From a virus (taxonomy: Duplodnaviria > Caudoviricetes): 64,000 nt of DNA. A model generated the notes under the pieces. That model made no database searches, had not been told where the DNA came from, and saw only the letters and a list, made by a program, of their open reading frames with translations. The stretch lies in the IMG/VR virus record IMGVR_UViG_3300020187_001966. One strand, 5' to 3'. Made by a program: the position numbers and the translations under genes. This document shows, piece by piece, positions 37,443-47,382 of the stretch (position 1 is its first letter; each line of letters opens with the position of its first letter).

Positions 37443-37795
37443 CAAATCCATTCAAAGACATCGAAACATTTGGTACAGCATGTGACCAACCACCAAGTGA
37501 AGCAAACTACAAAATGTATCTCGATCTAATCCGTGAGGAAACAGACGAGCTAGAAGAAGCTATCCAAGACAACGACAAAGTCGAACAACTTGACGCACTT
37601 ATTGACATCTTAGTTGTTACTATGGGCGCAGTACGTGCCGCAGGTTGGGACGGAGAAGCAGCCTGGAAAGAAGTAATGGATACAAACTTTGCTAAGATTG
37701 ATCCAACTACAAACAAAGTGATCAAACGTGCTGATGGGAAGGTGTTAAAACCGTCAAATTGGTCTCCGCCTAACTTAGCACAATTTATCAAATAA
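37439..37795 (+). CDS. all-alpha NTP pyrophosphohydrolase (MazG/PRA-PH-like)
   Basis: [34 protein letters not shown]. Confidence 0.85.
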   Translation: MTNPFKDIETFGTACDQPPSEANYKMYLDLIREETDELEEAIQDNDKVEQLDALIDILVVTMGAVRAAGWDGEAAWKEVMDTNFAKIDPTTNKVIKRADGKVLKPSNWSPPNLAQFIK

Positions 37796-38426
37796 TAGTA
37801 TATCTATTTTTATATAATTTGTTAGTATTATATCTAACAGCCCAAAATAGCCCTTTGCGATTTATTCCCAAGGGGCTTATTTTTTCTTCAAAGTTGTATA
37901 TATTAAATTTAATAGTGCTATTAGTATGCGTATCTAATAGCGTATATTCTTTAACATCTAACTGTCTTTCTTTGTTTCTACGCTTTACACCTTCTGATAT
38001 TTTTTTAGAAACTTCTTTAGAAGTAGTATTACCGTAATTCCAGTGATTCTCGCCTACTCTGTTTTCTAGTTGCTCTTGACTAAATTTGTATCCTTTTAGT
38101 CTGCCTTTGTTGGCGATAGAAATTTTATTCTTCGCTTCCTCTGGCATTATCCATCCTGCATTGCCATCGCCGCCATCTGTTTTATTGCGCAATATGCCAG
38201 TGCCGTTATCTATGCGTCCGTGCCATTTTATTAGACGTCTTTCTAACGCTAACGCACCTACATCTGTTAGATTAGATTCTAAAATGATAATGTTAGAAAA
38301 GTCTTTTTTTGGAAAGACAGTTCTATCTGTTTTAGCCCACGCCCTTTTGCCGCAGCCTTTGCCTATATAATACGGTGTGCCGTCATCACGAATATACGCA
38401 TAGACATAAAATTTAGTTAAATACAT
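37788..38426 (-). mobile_element. free-standing GIY-YIG homing endonuclease with NUMOD3-like repeats
   Basis: FYVYAY...[26 protein letters not shown]; opposite strand to neighbours. Confidence 0.88.
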
Positions 38427-38837
38427 TTGCTGATACTCCTTGTTAGTATTAGAGTAGTTGGAGTTGCCGCTCGCGAACTACACTTATATTTATACAAAAG
38501 ATAAAAAAGAACAGGTTAGAAGTGCTAAAGCCAGAAGGTTGGCAAGCACCACAACTAGCACAGTTTATCAAATAAAAAAGGAAATATAATGTTTTTTGCA
38601 TCAGTAGCTACAGGCGCATTTATAGGTGGCCTTATTGGAACTAAAGTAGTTGATACAACTAAAACTGAAGGTGAACTAGGTGTATTAGCTTGGGGATTAG
38701 TTGGTGTTATTGCGGGTTCTGTTATTGCATCTCTATTAGGTATTGTATAGGTTTGTTGAGTAATAAATAATTTTTGTAATACAACAGTATTATATTTGTG
38801 AGCGACGGGGTAAAGCCGTCAAGCAAAGGAGATTATT

Positions 38838-39797
38838 ATGGACGCACTCACTTTATGGAGCCTTGTTGGCTTCTTATTCGCAGCTTATGCTGTGATAGCA
38901 AACGATTCAGTACAGACTCTCGGTACATGGATGGCATCAAACAATGAGAGATTTAGTTATAAAGTATTATGGGGAGCCGCAAGCGCAGTATTACTTGCTA
39001 CACTCTGGTATGGCTGGCATGTAAATGGTGGAGACATCAGTTACGGCAGACTAAACAAGATCCCATGGCAAGAAGTACAATGGTATCATGCTGCGGCACC
39101 GGGCATACTTGTATTACTAACACGCAAAGGTGTACCTGTATCAACTAGCTTCCTAGTACTAAGTGCTTTCGCAAGTACATTTGTATTAGAGAAGATGCTT
39201 ATGAAAAGTATAATGGGTTATGGTATTGCGGCAATGTTCGCATACTTTGCTTGGTACTTTATTAGCAGATGGATGGACGAAACAGCACCAGTTGCTGAAA
39301 AGAATAAAAATTACTGGCGCATAGCACAGTGGGTAGCAACAGGCGGATTATGGTGGACTTGGTTGTCACATGACATGGCCAACATTGCTGTATTCCTTCC
39401 ACGTGAAGTACCAGTAGACCTTATGGTATTAATCAGCTTTGTATTTGTTGGCGGCTTGTTCTTTATGTTTAGAGAACGTGGCGGTAAGATACAAGAGATT
39501 GTATTAGAAAAACACAACACCAGATACGTAAGGTCAGCAACGCTGATTGATCTATTCTATTGGTTGTGCTTGTACTTCTTCAAAGAGCTGAACGATATAC
39601 CAATGTCAACTACTTGGGTGTTTGTTGGTATGTTAGCAGGACGTGAACTTGCTATTGCCAGCTTCACAGGTAAGCGTAAGTTCAAGAGTGTATTTCCGCT
39701 AGTAGCAAGAGACTTTCAGAAGATGATGATTGGTCTAGGTGCCTCAGTGGCTATTGTTCTAACAATACATTATGTGTTAGTACCAAACGGACTATAA
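38838..39797 (+). CDS. PiT/PHO4-like anion (phosphate) transporter
   Basis: Multi-TM; IANDSVQTLGT and HDMANIA resemble PiT signatures; PVSTS, PMSTTWVFVG. Confidence 0.65.
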   Translation: MDALTLWSLVGFLFAAYAVIANDSVQTLGTWMASNNERFSYKVLWGAASAVLLATLWYGWHVNGGDISYGRLNKIPWQEVQWYHAAAPGILVLLTRKGVPVSTSFLVLSAFASTFVLEKMLMKSIMGYGIAAMFAYFAWYFISRWMDETAPVAEKNKNYWRIAQWVATGGLWWTWLSHDMANIAVFLPREVPVDLMVLISFVFVGGLFFMFRERGGKIQEIVLEKHNTRYVRSATLIDLFYWLCLYFFKELNDIPMSTTWVFVGMLAGRELAIASFTGKRKFKSVFPLVARDFQKMMIGLGASVAIVLTIHYVLVPNGL

Positions 39798-39810
39798 AAT
39801 AAAACAAGAT

Positions 39811-39848
39811 AATGTCCCTATCGCTAAATAGTAGCAGATAGGGGCATT
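39811..39848 (+). promoter_or_regulatory. 12-bp hairpin enclosing a late promoter and masking the RBS
   Basis: AATGTCCCTATC / GATAGGGGCATT arms; CTAAATA 39824-39830 in the loop. Confidence 0.65.
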
Positions 39849-39854
39849 TATATA

Positions 39855-40865
39855 ATGGGCACAAAACAAATAATTTCAAAGAATATTTCGGCTGATAGTA
39901 CACAGTACATTGGTAAAGATGGTGAACTGTGGGTAGACACAGTCACAAACAAGATGAAGATAAGTGACGGAACAACACCAGGCGGTGTTGATTTAGCAGG
40001 TGGTGGCGGTGGTGGCGGTGCTACAACTTGGGCAGCTATTACTGACATTAATAATGCTAACGGACCAGGAAAAGTTGCCATTGGACGAAACGCCGGCAGT
40101 GTAAACCAAGGTACCGAAACTGTAGCAATTGGTGACGATGCAGGTAAAACCAATCAAGGTAACAACTCGTATGCATTGGGTAACAACGCAGGCGCAACCG
40201 ACCAAGGCGCAAGTTCTGTAGCAATTGGCGATGTAGCAGCTTCGAATACTCAAGGCACCTTATCGGTGGCAATTGGTGCGAATGCAGGTACAACAACTCA
40301 AGGCCAACAAGCAATAGCAATTGGGGGTGGAGCAGGTTTTACAAATCAAAGTACAAAAGCAGTAGCAGTTGGCTTTGCCGCAGGTGTTACAAATCAAGGC
40401 GAAGACTCAGTAGCAATTGGTTTCGAAGCAGGTGAAATAACTCAAGGCACAAAAGCAGTAGGAATTGGATATCGAGCTGGTGAAACCACACAAGGAAACA
40501 GTACAGTAGCAATTGGTGATAGTGCAGGTGAAACAACACAATCACAGCATGGAGTGGCAATTGGCGCACTAGCAGGCCAAACTACACAAGGAGAAAGTTC
40601 AGTAGCAATTGGTAAAAATGCAGGTAAAGTAAACCAAGGATCAAGTGCGATAGCAATAGGTAATCTCGCAGGCGTGAACAACCAGCACAACAACTCAATT
40701 GTAATTGCAGCCTCAGGCTCAGAGTTAGAAACAGCCCAAACAGGTCAGTTTATGGTTAAACCAGTTAGAAACTATAGTAATGCAGCCGCATTGCCATCAG
40801 GATTTAAGCAAGTTGCTTACAATCCAACAACAGGCGAATTTGTCTATTATGGTTCTGCAGGATAA
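39855..40865 (+). CDS. fibre/adhesin-like protein with YadA-head-like 15-aa repeats
   Basis: About 15 tandem QG.x(S/A)VAIG..AG.T units. Confidence 0.75.
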   Translation: MGTKQIISKNISADSTQYIGKDGELWVDTVTNKMKISDGTTPGGVDLAGGGGGGGATTWAAITDINNANGPGKVAIGRNAGSVNQGTETVAIGDDAGKTNQGNNSYALGNNAGATDQGASSVAIGDVAASNTQGTLSVAIGANAGTTTQGQQAIAIGGGAGFTNQSTKAVAVGFAAGVTNQGEDSVAIGFEAGEITQGTKAVGIGYRAGETTQGNSTVAIGDSAGETTQSQHGVAIGALAGQTTQGESSVAIGKNAGKVNQGSSAIAIGNLAGVNNQHNNSIVIAASGSELETAQTGQFMVKPVRNYSNAAALPSGFKQVAYNPTTGEFVYYGSAG

Positions 40866-40891
40866 TAATTAACAACATAAACTAAATTAAG

Positions 40892-40924
40892 ATAGGGCGG
40901 ATTTAATCCCGCCCTATTTTTTTG
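40892..40924. terminator. terminator between convergent genes
   Basis: ATAGGGCGG...CCGCCCTAT stem with T run. Confidence 0.75.
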
Positions 40925-40926
40925 AC

Positions 40927-41685
40927 TTACTGTAACTTTTCTAAGTTAGCAATATAATTTGTCATACTGTGGTCACTAAAGTTATCGATACCGCCTTGCT
41001 TTAGGCCCATCCACATTCCACGCCAGCGATCTTTAACACGGCGGGTTCCTTTAAGATTTGGCTTATAGTCGCCATTTGAATCTATGTAGTGTTCACAACC
41101 ATCATGTTTGTAACCCATAATAGCAAGTGGTACACGGGTAACAATATCATTGTTATTAACCCAACGTTGGTGTTTACAGTTTAAACTCTTGATAAACTTT
41201 CTCCAACCTGTACGTGGTGATCCGTATGTATACACTTCAGCAATGTTTGGCATAAGTGGATCGTCTTCACAACGGCTAGCCATAATAGTTGTCATTGCGG
41301 CACCTAAACTGTGTCCACAAAACCATGCTGTACGTTTCTTACCACACTCACGTAAATCTTCCATAACCATTGGCCATAGTTCGTCTACTTCTGTTTTAAA
41401 GCCAACGTGTACACGGCCAACAGTTTCTGCCATTACTGGAGCTGCTTTTAAGTCTGCTTTAATATCGTTAAACTCATTTGGTTGTGTTCCACGACAAGCG
41501 ATAACAATGTCTGCTTTGTTCATAAAGCGATATGCTTGAGCACCGCCATTGTTGTAAAATTCTATAGTAGTAAAACCTAATGCTTTTGCATCTTTTTTAA
41601 CTTGTTTTGTATCATCACTGTATGCTATACTTGCTAGTTTAGCAAATAGTAGACTACGTTGTTCAAAATTCATGTCTGTAATCAT
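40927..41685 (-). CDS. class 3 lipase / alpha-beta hydrolase
   Basis: ACRGT, VHVGF, GHSLGAA nucleophile elbow, TYGSPR, NNNDIVTRVP, DHSM; start ATG 41685 behind GAGAGGG. Confidence 0.9.
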   Translation of the reverse strand: MITDMNFEQRSLLFAKLASIAYSDDTKQVKKDAKALGFTTIEFYNNGGAQAYRFMNKADIVIACRGTQPNEFNDIKADLKAAPVMAETVGRVHVGFKTEVDELWPMVMEDLRECGKKRTAWFCGHSLGAAMTTIMASRCEDDPLMPNIAEVYTYGSPRTGWRKFIKSLNCKHQRWVNNNDIVTRVPLAIMGYKHDGCEHYIDSNGDYKPNLKGTRRVKDRWRGMWMGLKQGGIDNFSDHSMTNYIANLEKLQ

Positions 41686-41767
41686 AATAGTTTCCCTCTC
41701 ACTACAAATATTTATTGACAAATGCCAAAAAAGTGTATATACTGTTAGTTAAATATTAGGAGAATCT

Positions 41768-42523
41768 ATGAACATTTTAATCGCAGGCTACGGATTTGTA
41801 GGACATGCTCATAAAAAACTATTGAGTGAAACACACTCAGTTAGAATATATGATCCACATAAAAATTATCCATGGACAGATAATCCAGTGGATGCGTGTA
41901 TCATTAGTGTAAGTACACCTCCTGCTGATGATGGCAGTTGTGATGTAAGTAATGTTTGTGATGTGATTAGTCTGTTATCTGAAATGACACCAATCTTAAT
42001 TAAAAGTACACTAAGTTTAGAAGGTTGGCGTAAAATTAAGTTTATGTATCCTAATCATTTAATTGCGTTTAGTCCAGAGTTCTTACGTGCCGCAACTGCT
42101 GACGAAGACTTCTATAATACTAGAGAGATTTACATGGGCGGTGATAGAAAATCATTCTGGCACACATTGTTCTCTATAGCATTTAAAGATGATAAATTTA
42201 CTACGATACATGTTGATGTGGAAGAACTCATATTAACAAAATGTTTCCGTAATGCGTACTTAGCAACTAAGGTATCCTTCTTTAATCAGATACACGATCT
42301 ATGCGAGGCAACTGGTGTAAACGCAAACATGGTACTACATCTTGTAGGTGAAGATACTCGCATAGGTAGTAGTCACACAGAAGTAACAGAACAGCGTGGT
42401 TTTGGTGGTCATTGTTTTCCTAAAGACACAAGCGCCATTATTAAAACAGGTGAAAAGTATAATACAGACTTGACTTTGATCCGTAATGCTGTAGAGTATA
42501 ATAAAAGTATAAGGAGAGACTAA
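41768..42523 (+). CDS. UDP-glucose/GDP-mannose dehydrogenase-like, lacking C-terminal domain
   Basis: IAGYGFVG, IKST, FSPEFLR, GFGGHCFPKD; 251 aa. Confidence 0.85.
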   Translation: MNILIAGYGFVGHAHKKLLSETHSVRIYDPHKNYPWTDNPVDACIISVSTPPADDGSCDVSNVCDVISLLSEMTPILIKSTLSLEGWRKIKFMYPNHLIAFSPEFLRAATADEDFYNTREIYMGGDRKSFWHTLFSIAFKDDKFTTIHVDVEELILTKCFRNAYLATKVSFFNQIHDLCEATGVNANMVLHLVGEDTRIGSSHTEVTEQRGFGGHCFPKDTSAIIKTGEKYNTDLTLIRNAVEYNKSIRRD

Positions 42524-42783
42524 TGTTTGTAAATTATGACGGCATGACTGTTGATCAGATGCTGGAAAAACAAATTGAGCTAAAGCGTAAAGTAGCGCAA
42601 GCACATCAAAGTGGCATGAGTCCAGGTATAATTGGACAAATGCAAAATATGTTGGATGTATTAATGGTTGAGTATCAATCTCGAATAGCAAGTGATGCTG
42701 AAAAGTTGAAACGTGAACGTGCTGTTGAAGATGGCAGAGATCCCGATGCTGACAATGTAATGAATATTGGCGATGTTGAATAG
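42523..42783 (+). CDS. hypothetical protein
   Basis: AAGGAG RBS, coupled. Confidence 0.6.
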   Translation: MFVNYDGMTVDQMLEKQIELKRKVAQAHQSGMSPGIIGQMQNMLDVLMVEYQSRIASDAEKLKRERAVEDGRDPDADNVMNIGDVE

Positions 42784-43279
42784 CGATAACGAAATCATTA
42801 TTAATGAAGATAAACTTGTAGAATTATTTCTACAGGGTAAACAAGTACACACGGTGACAATGGAAAATACAGTAAGTGTTGATAGATACAATCAGTTTTG
42901 TAGTTTGTTTCTAATTGATGAAAACATAAACGTAGAATTGCCAAATAATGGATTAGATAAGTATAATAAAGAGCTAGTTGATAATTGGTTTATGCCTGAC
43001 GAATACAAAAAAATTAACATAATTGATCACTTACTAAGTAAAACAAAAAATGAAGCTGAGTATCAACGTGTTGTTACAGAACTTACAGAGTTTGAAGAAC
43101 GTGGGTTGCTGTCACTATTACAGTATATGATGTATTTTGTTGAGTTAATGCGTGAAAACGATGTTGTAATGGGTGTAGGACGTGGATCAAGTGTTGCTAG
43201 TTATGTGTTATATCTTCTTGGTGTACACAAGATAGATAGTATTAAATACAACTTAGATTATAGGGAATTCTTTAGATGA
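42767..43279 (+). CDS. stand-alone fragment similar to DNA polymerase III alpha (DnaE)
   Basis: RV..EL..F...G...Y...MRENDVVMGVGRGSSVASYVLYLLGVHKIDSIKYNLDYREFFR. Confidence 0.75.
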   Translation: MAMLNSDNEIIINEDKLVELFLQGKQVHTVTMENTVSVDRYNQFCSLFLIDENINVELPNNGLDKYNKELVDNWFMPDEYKKINIIDHLLSKTKNEAEYQRVVTELTEFEERGLLSLLQYMMYFVELMRENDVVMGVGRGSSVASYVLYLLGVHKIDSIKYNLDYREFFR

Positions 43280-43674
43280 GAAGTGTAAAAACTGCAAGAG
43301 GTAGAATGATTGACATGGCTGCTCTTGCCGCAAAAAATGAGACTGCTAGATCAGTTGGCAACGTATTAATGAATGCCAGAGGTGATAGATTAAATAGTGA
43401 CGGTACTGTAAAGTATACTGCTCAGGAGATTGCTCAAGCAGATGCGGCCCAACGGACACCAGCTACAACAACACCAATTAGTGATCCAAAACCAATTATG
43501 TCTACTCCAGCGCCAGAGCCAGCGCCAGTAGAAGAAACAGTACTAGAACCAGTAGTAGAACCTGAACCAGAAGCAGTAAGTAAAATTACTAGAACAAGAG
43601 ATGATGGTTCAAAATACGCAGAGATTGAATACGATGACGGTTCAATTGAAACATTAGAATTAGATGAGGAATAA
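43276..43674 (+). CDS. hypothetical protein with Pro/Glu-rich linker
   Basis: Coupled ORF. Confidence 0.6.
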   Translation: MRSVKTARGRMIDMAALAAKNETARSVGNVLMNARGDRLNSDGTVKYTAQEIAQADAAQRTPATTTPISDPKPIMSTPAPEPAPVEETVLEPVVEPEPEAVSKITRTRDDGSKYAEIEYDDGSIETLELDEE

Positions 43675-43998
43675 ATGAGACAAGTAAGAGCAACAGCAAC
43701 AAGTGTATTAGGATTTTTTGTAAACCCTCCAGGACAACATACACTTAATAGTGGACTAATTATCTTGAATGATGATGGTGAAACTCGTGGTATTAAATCA
43801 AGATACTTTGAAGTACATGATGTTGGTAGTAGAACAGAAGTTGCTAACGATGTTAAAAAAGGTGATATTGTCTGTGTAGCACACGGACGTTGGAGTCGTG
43901 GATTTAATGTCGACGATACTGATAATAGAAAACTATACGCACTAGACGCCAAAGATATCATGGGTGTGTATCATGGAGATGTTAGTAACATTGAATAG
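43675..43998 (+). CDS. GroES-like co-chaperonin
   Basis: SGLII mobile-loop-like segment, V..VG...VKKGD.V, DIMGV; divergent. Confidence 0.55.
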   Translation: MRQVRATATSVLGFFVNPPGQHTLNSGLIILNDDGETRGIKSRYFEVHDVGSRTEVANDVKKGDIVCVAHGRWSRGFNVDDTDNRKLYALDAKDIMGVYHGDVSNIE

Positions 43999-44000
43999 AT

Positions 44001-44234
44001 ATGAGTAATATTATAGATTTTCCAACAGGGTTTGAATTTAAAGTACTGTTTGAACTACCTGAAGATAAAATACTACATATGAATAAAACTAAATCTGATA
44101 ACTGTCAAATTGAAATAGATGGACAATACGGTACAGCGATTGTTGATGCGTTAAATGATAATAGAGCAATTGATATATTACTAAAAGTATTTCCAGCGGC
44201 AATAATTATAAAGGCAATAAAACAAAATGAGTAG
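44001..44234 (+). CDS. hypothetical protein
   Basis: ORF in operon context. Confidence 0.5.
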   Translation: MSNIIDFPTGFEFKVLFELPEDKILHMNKTKSDNCQIEIDGQYGTAIVDALNDNRAIDILLKVFPAAIIIKAIKQNE

Positions 44235-44397
44235 TTTTAGCGCACATTTAGAATACATCTTTCATATTACTTGTAATCATTGCAAGTGTTACTTTAGTTA
44301 CGCAGTGATGCAAAAGAAGTTTAAAATCGACAGAGGACATTGGTATTGTCCAAAGTGCGGTGCTAAAGGAAGTATTAAACTTGAAGAAGAGATATAA
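44227..44397 (+). CDS. small zinc-ribbon protein (56 aa)
   Basis: Manual translation with CNHC and CPKC. Confidence 0.55.
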   Translation: MSSFSAHLEYIFHITCNHCKCYFSYAVMQKKFKIDRGHWYCPKCGAKGSIKLEEEI

Positions 44398-44590
44398 TAA
44401 TTTTAAACTTTGGTATGTACATTTACGTGCTGAAGGTCTGAGATTGTATGGATATCCTAGATACTACACCAGGTGGAAATGTTTTCAATGGGCATTTAGT
44501 AACAGTGGCACACATAATATAGACGGGTCGTATTTTACGCTCGACAAACCTAAAAATAATGTTATAGTAAAAGAAAAAGTGGAAAAGTAA
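44360..44590 (+). CDS. hypothetical protein
   Basis: ORF fills the gap before the clamp loader. Confidence 0.4.
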   Translation: MLKEVLNLKKRYNNFKLWYVHLRAEGLRLYGYPRYYTRWKCFQWAFSNSGTHNIDGSYFTLDKPKNNVIVKEKVEK

Positions 44591-45505
44591 ATGAAAGAAT
44601 TATGGGTAGAAAAGTATCGTCCCAAGACTTTGTCTGAATATGTATTCAAGAATGATGGTCAAAAGAATCTTATTAATGGTTGGGTAACTGACAAAAGTAT
44701 TCCACATTTAATGTTTGCTGGAAGTGCTGGTACAGGTAAAACTACACTAGCAAAAGTCCTTATTAATGAACTAGGTGTACAACCAGCAGATGTATTGTAT
44801 ATCAACGCTAGTCGTGATAACGGTATTGAATATGTACGCAACAAGATTACTAACTTTGGTGATACAATGCCTTGGGGAGACTTTAAGGTTGTACTACTAG
44901 ACGAGGCTGATTACTTGTCTCCAGAAGCACAAGCGGCGTTACGTGGTGTAATGGAACAAAACCATCAGAGTGTACGTTTTATACTTACATGTAATTATGA
45001 TAATAAAATTATTCCAGCACTTAAAAGTCGTTGTCAAGTATTTCAGATCCAGAAACAAGACGAGACAGAGTTTTTTAATCGCATGGTAACCATACTTGAT
45101 GCTGAAGGTGTTACATATGATCCTTATATGTTGGGATCGTTTGTTGTAGCTACACAGCCAGACATGCGTAAAACTATCAATAACCTACAATCAAATGTTA
45201 TGGATGGTGTACTAACACAGCCTGAAGAAGGTGGTGACGACAGTGCTTGGTTAATTAAAATGGTAGACTTGTTTAAGAGTGGCGATATACGCAGTGCCCG
45301 TAAATTAATTATTGCTAATGCTAGACCAACTGACTACGAAGGCATCTTTAGAAAGCTATATGAGAATATAGACTGGTTTGGTGACACTCCAGATAAACAA
45401 GATGAAGCTGTTATTGTTATTCGTAATGGACTAGTTAAACATATGAGTGTAGCAGATGTTGAAATTAATCTGAGTGCTACATTAATTGAACTGCAAATGA
45501 TATGA
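44591..45505 (+). CDS. clamp loader AAA+ subunit (RFC small / T4 gp44-like)
   Basis: LWVEKYRP, GSAGTGKT, INAS, LDEAD, AQAALR, LKSRC (SRC motif). Confidence 0.93.
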   Translation: MKELWVEKYRPKTLSEYVFKNDGQKNLINGWVTDKSIPHLMFAGSAGTGKTTLAKVLINELGVQPADVLYINASRDNGIEYVRNKITNFGDTMPWGDFKVVLLDEADYLSPEAQAALRGVMEQNHQSVRFILTCNYDNKIIPALKSRCQVFQIQKQDETEFFNRMVTILDAEGVTYDPYMLGSFVVATQPDMRKTINNLQSNVMDGVLTQPEEGGDDSAWLIKMVDLFKSGDIRSARKLIIANARPTDYEGIFRKLYENIDWFGDTPDKQDEAVIVIRNGLVKHMSVADVEINLSATLIELQMI

Positions 45506-46044
45506 ATAAAGTAATCTTTGTTGCCCTAGCTGAAGAATTTCCTCGCAAAATGGCTCCCAAAGGTTTTAACGTTGTGTATACTGGTATCGGTAAAGTTAAC
45601 GCTACGCTAGCAGTAACACAATACTTGACTGCTAATCCACATGTTACGGCTGTTTATAATTATGGAACAGCAGGTGCTAGTGATGATAGTGTAGCAGGCG
45701 AGCTACTAGGAGTATGTAGTTTAATAGAACGAGATATGGATATCACGGCGCTTGGACTTCCGTTATATGTAACTGAAAAAGATCAAGAACAACATTTTTA
45801 CACTAGTAATCGTCAAACAAGTATTATATGTGGTACTGGTGATAGCTTTGCTAGACCAAATTTACCATATCATATTGTAGACATGGAAGCATATGCCATT
45901 GGCAGAGTGTGTGAACACTTTGGTATTCCAGAGTTTTATTGTTTTAAATATATCAGCGATACAAATAATGACTTAGATCCAGGTAAAGCCTGGAAGCAAA
46001 ATGTATCTAAAGGTGCCAAAAAATTTAGAAAAATCTTCGATTAA
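45502..46044 (+). CDS. MTA/SAH nucleosidase-like (PNP_UDP_1) protein
   Basis: TGIGKVNA, NYGTAG, TGDSF, VDMEAYAI, KYISD. Confidence 0.85.
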   Translation: MNKVIFVALAEEFPRKMAPKGFNVVYTGIGKVNATLAVTQYLTANPHVTAVYNYGTAGASDDSVAGELLGVCSLIERDMDITALGLPLYVTEKDQEQHFYTSNRQTSIICGTGDSFARPNLPYHIVDMEAYAIGRVCEHFGIPEFYCFKYISDTNNDLDPGKAWKQNVSKGAKKFRKIFD

Positions 46045-46163
46045 TCTTAAAAAACCGGTTGACAACTAATCCTTTATATCGTATATTGTAATTGTAGCTA
46101 ATGATAGTTACAGATGCTCATTCCAGAGCAATATAACATAAACCGTAAAAGGATATACTAACT

Positions 46164-47381
46164 ATGCAATTTATGCAATCAACACGCACAGAAAATGCGA
46201 CATACGCCGCAGGTGTCAACGACAAGTTTAATACAGACAAAGATGACATCCTAACATTAGAAAAACGATTCACAGAATCACTAATGGCAAAAGATCCAGA
46301 TTTAGCTGAATGGCTAACAGGAATGTTACAAGAATTCCGGGATCGTTACCCCCAATATGAAAAGTTTACAGACATGTACCCAGATATGGTACAGATGGCT
46401 CCTAACAAAAAGGACCGTATTACACTTGGGCAACTACTAATTAATGCTACTATCCAGCGAGAAACAGACATTGACTGGATTGTAGATATTCTCGGCAAAT
46501 TTGACCCGTTCTTTGTAAACATCATCCGTATCTACCCTAGTGAACAAAATGACAAGTATCTTATTTGGGATGGTGCACACACAACATATACACTAATTTG
46601 TTTAGCTATGTATGCATTTGGCATGTCATGGGAAGAAGCAATGGAACTTGAAGTACCAGTTGCTATCTATCCAGGCAAGCGAGTTGCTAAACTACGCCAA
46701 CGTTTTATTGGTGTACACGACAACACAATGACTAAACCTCTTGACAAGATTGACTTGTACATGCAGTATGTATGGGCAGTACGTAACAACGGAGATACTG
46801 ATCCTTGGTCAATGCGTTTTGAAGAGATTCAAACTGCAATGGAAGAGTTTAATTGCTTCTTTACACACAACAAGTTTGGTGACACTGGACAGCCAGGTGC
46901 TATTAGCCGTCCTTCAGAAATCTTCCCTACAGGACGTGATGTTAACAAATGGAAAAGCAGTGTACTACGTCGAGTATTCCAGTATCATACACTAAGCAAT
47001 CCAGATGCGCCAGTTGAACCCCTAGAAATTGACAACATGGCACACATCTTCCGTGCTTGTGATCAACAGGGCATTGTAGTTGATGATGATTATGTTAAGG
47101 CTGTTGTAAAATACTTAGGTGTTGTAACAAACAATACTTGGGCAAAAGGCTATAACCAAACTCGCAACCGGAAACACAAAATGATTATGGATGCTTACCA
47201 GGGTTGGTTAAAGCGTCAGCATTATCGTATTCGTGAGAACTACAATACACGTTGTAACCAAACAGAAGTTGCGCCAACTTGGTTGTGTCAAGCAATAGAG
47301 GCTGCAGGCTTCCCATTCGAATTGCCAGTGTTTATTGGCAAGTATGCATACGAGTTTAATGCAAAAGAATTGGGGGTGTAA
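46164..47381 (+). CDS. ParB/DGQHR-like domain protein
   Basis: IQRE...I..I...FDP...IRIY...YLIWDGAHT; own promoter TTGACA near 46063. Confidence 0.5.
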   Translation: MQFMQSTRTENATYAAGVNDKFNTDKDDILTLEKRFTESLMAKDPDLAEWLTGMLQEFRDRYPQYEKFTDMYPDMVQMAPNKKDRITLGQLLINATIQRETDIDWIVDILGKFDPFFVNIIRIYPSEQNDKYLIWDGAHTTYTLICLAMYAFGMSWEEAMELEVPVAIYPGKRVAKLRQRFIGVHDNTMTKPLDKIDLYMQYVWAVRNNGDTDPWSMRFEEIQTAMEEFNCFFTHNKFGDTGQPGAISRPSEIFPTGRDVNKWKSSVLRRVFQYHTLSNPDAPVEPLEIDNMAHIFRACDQQGIVVDDDYVKAVVKYLGVVTNNTWAKGYNQTRNRKHKMIMDAYQGWLKRQHYRIRENYNTRCNQTEVAPTWLCQAIEAAGFPFELPVFIGKYAYEFNAKELGV

Positions 47382-47382
47382 T

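Noticed and set aside
28013-38426. HNH and GIY-YIG genes as group I intron ORFs
   Set aside because: Flanking genes are complete and no split host gene or intron core was recognised; each nuclease has its own promoter.
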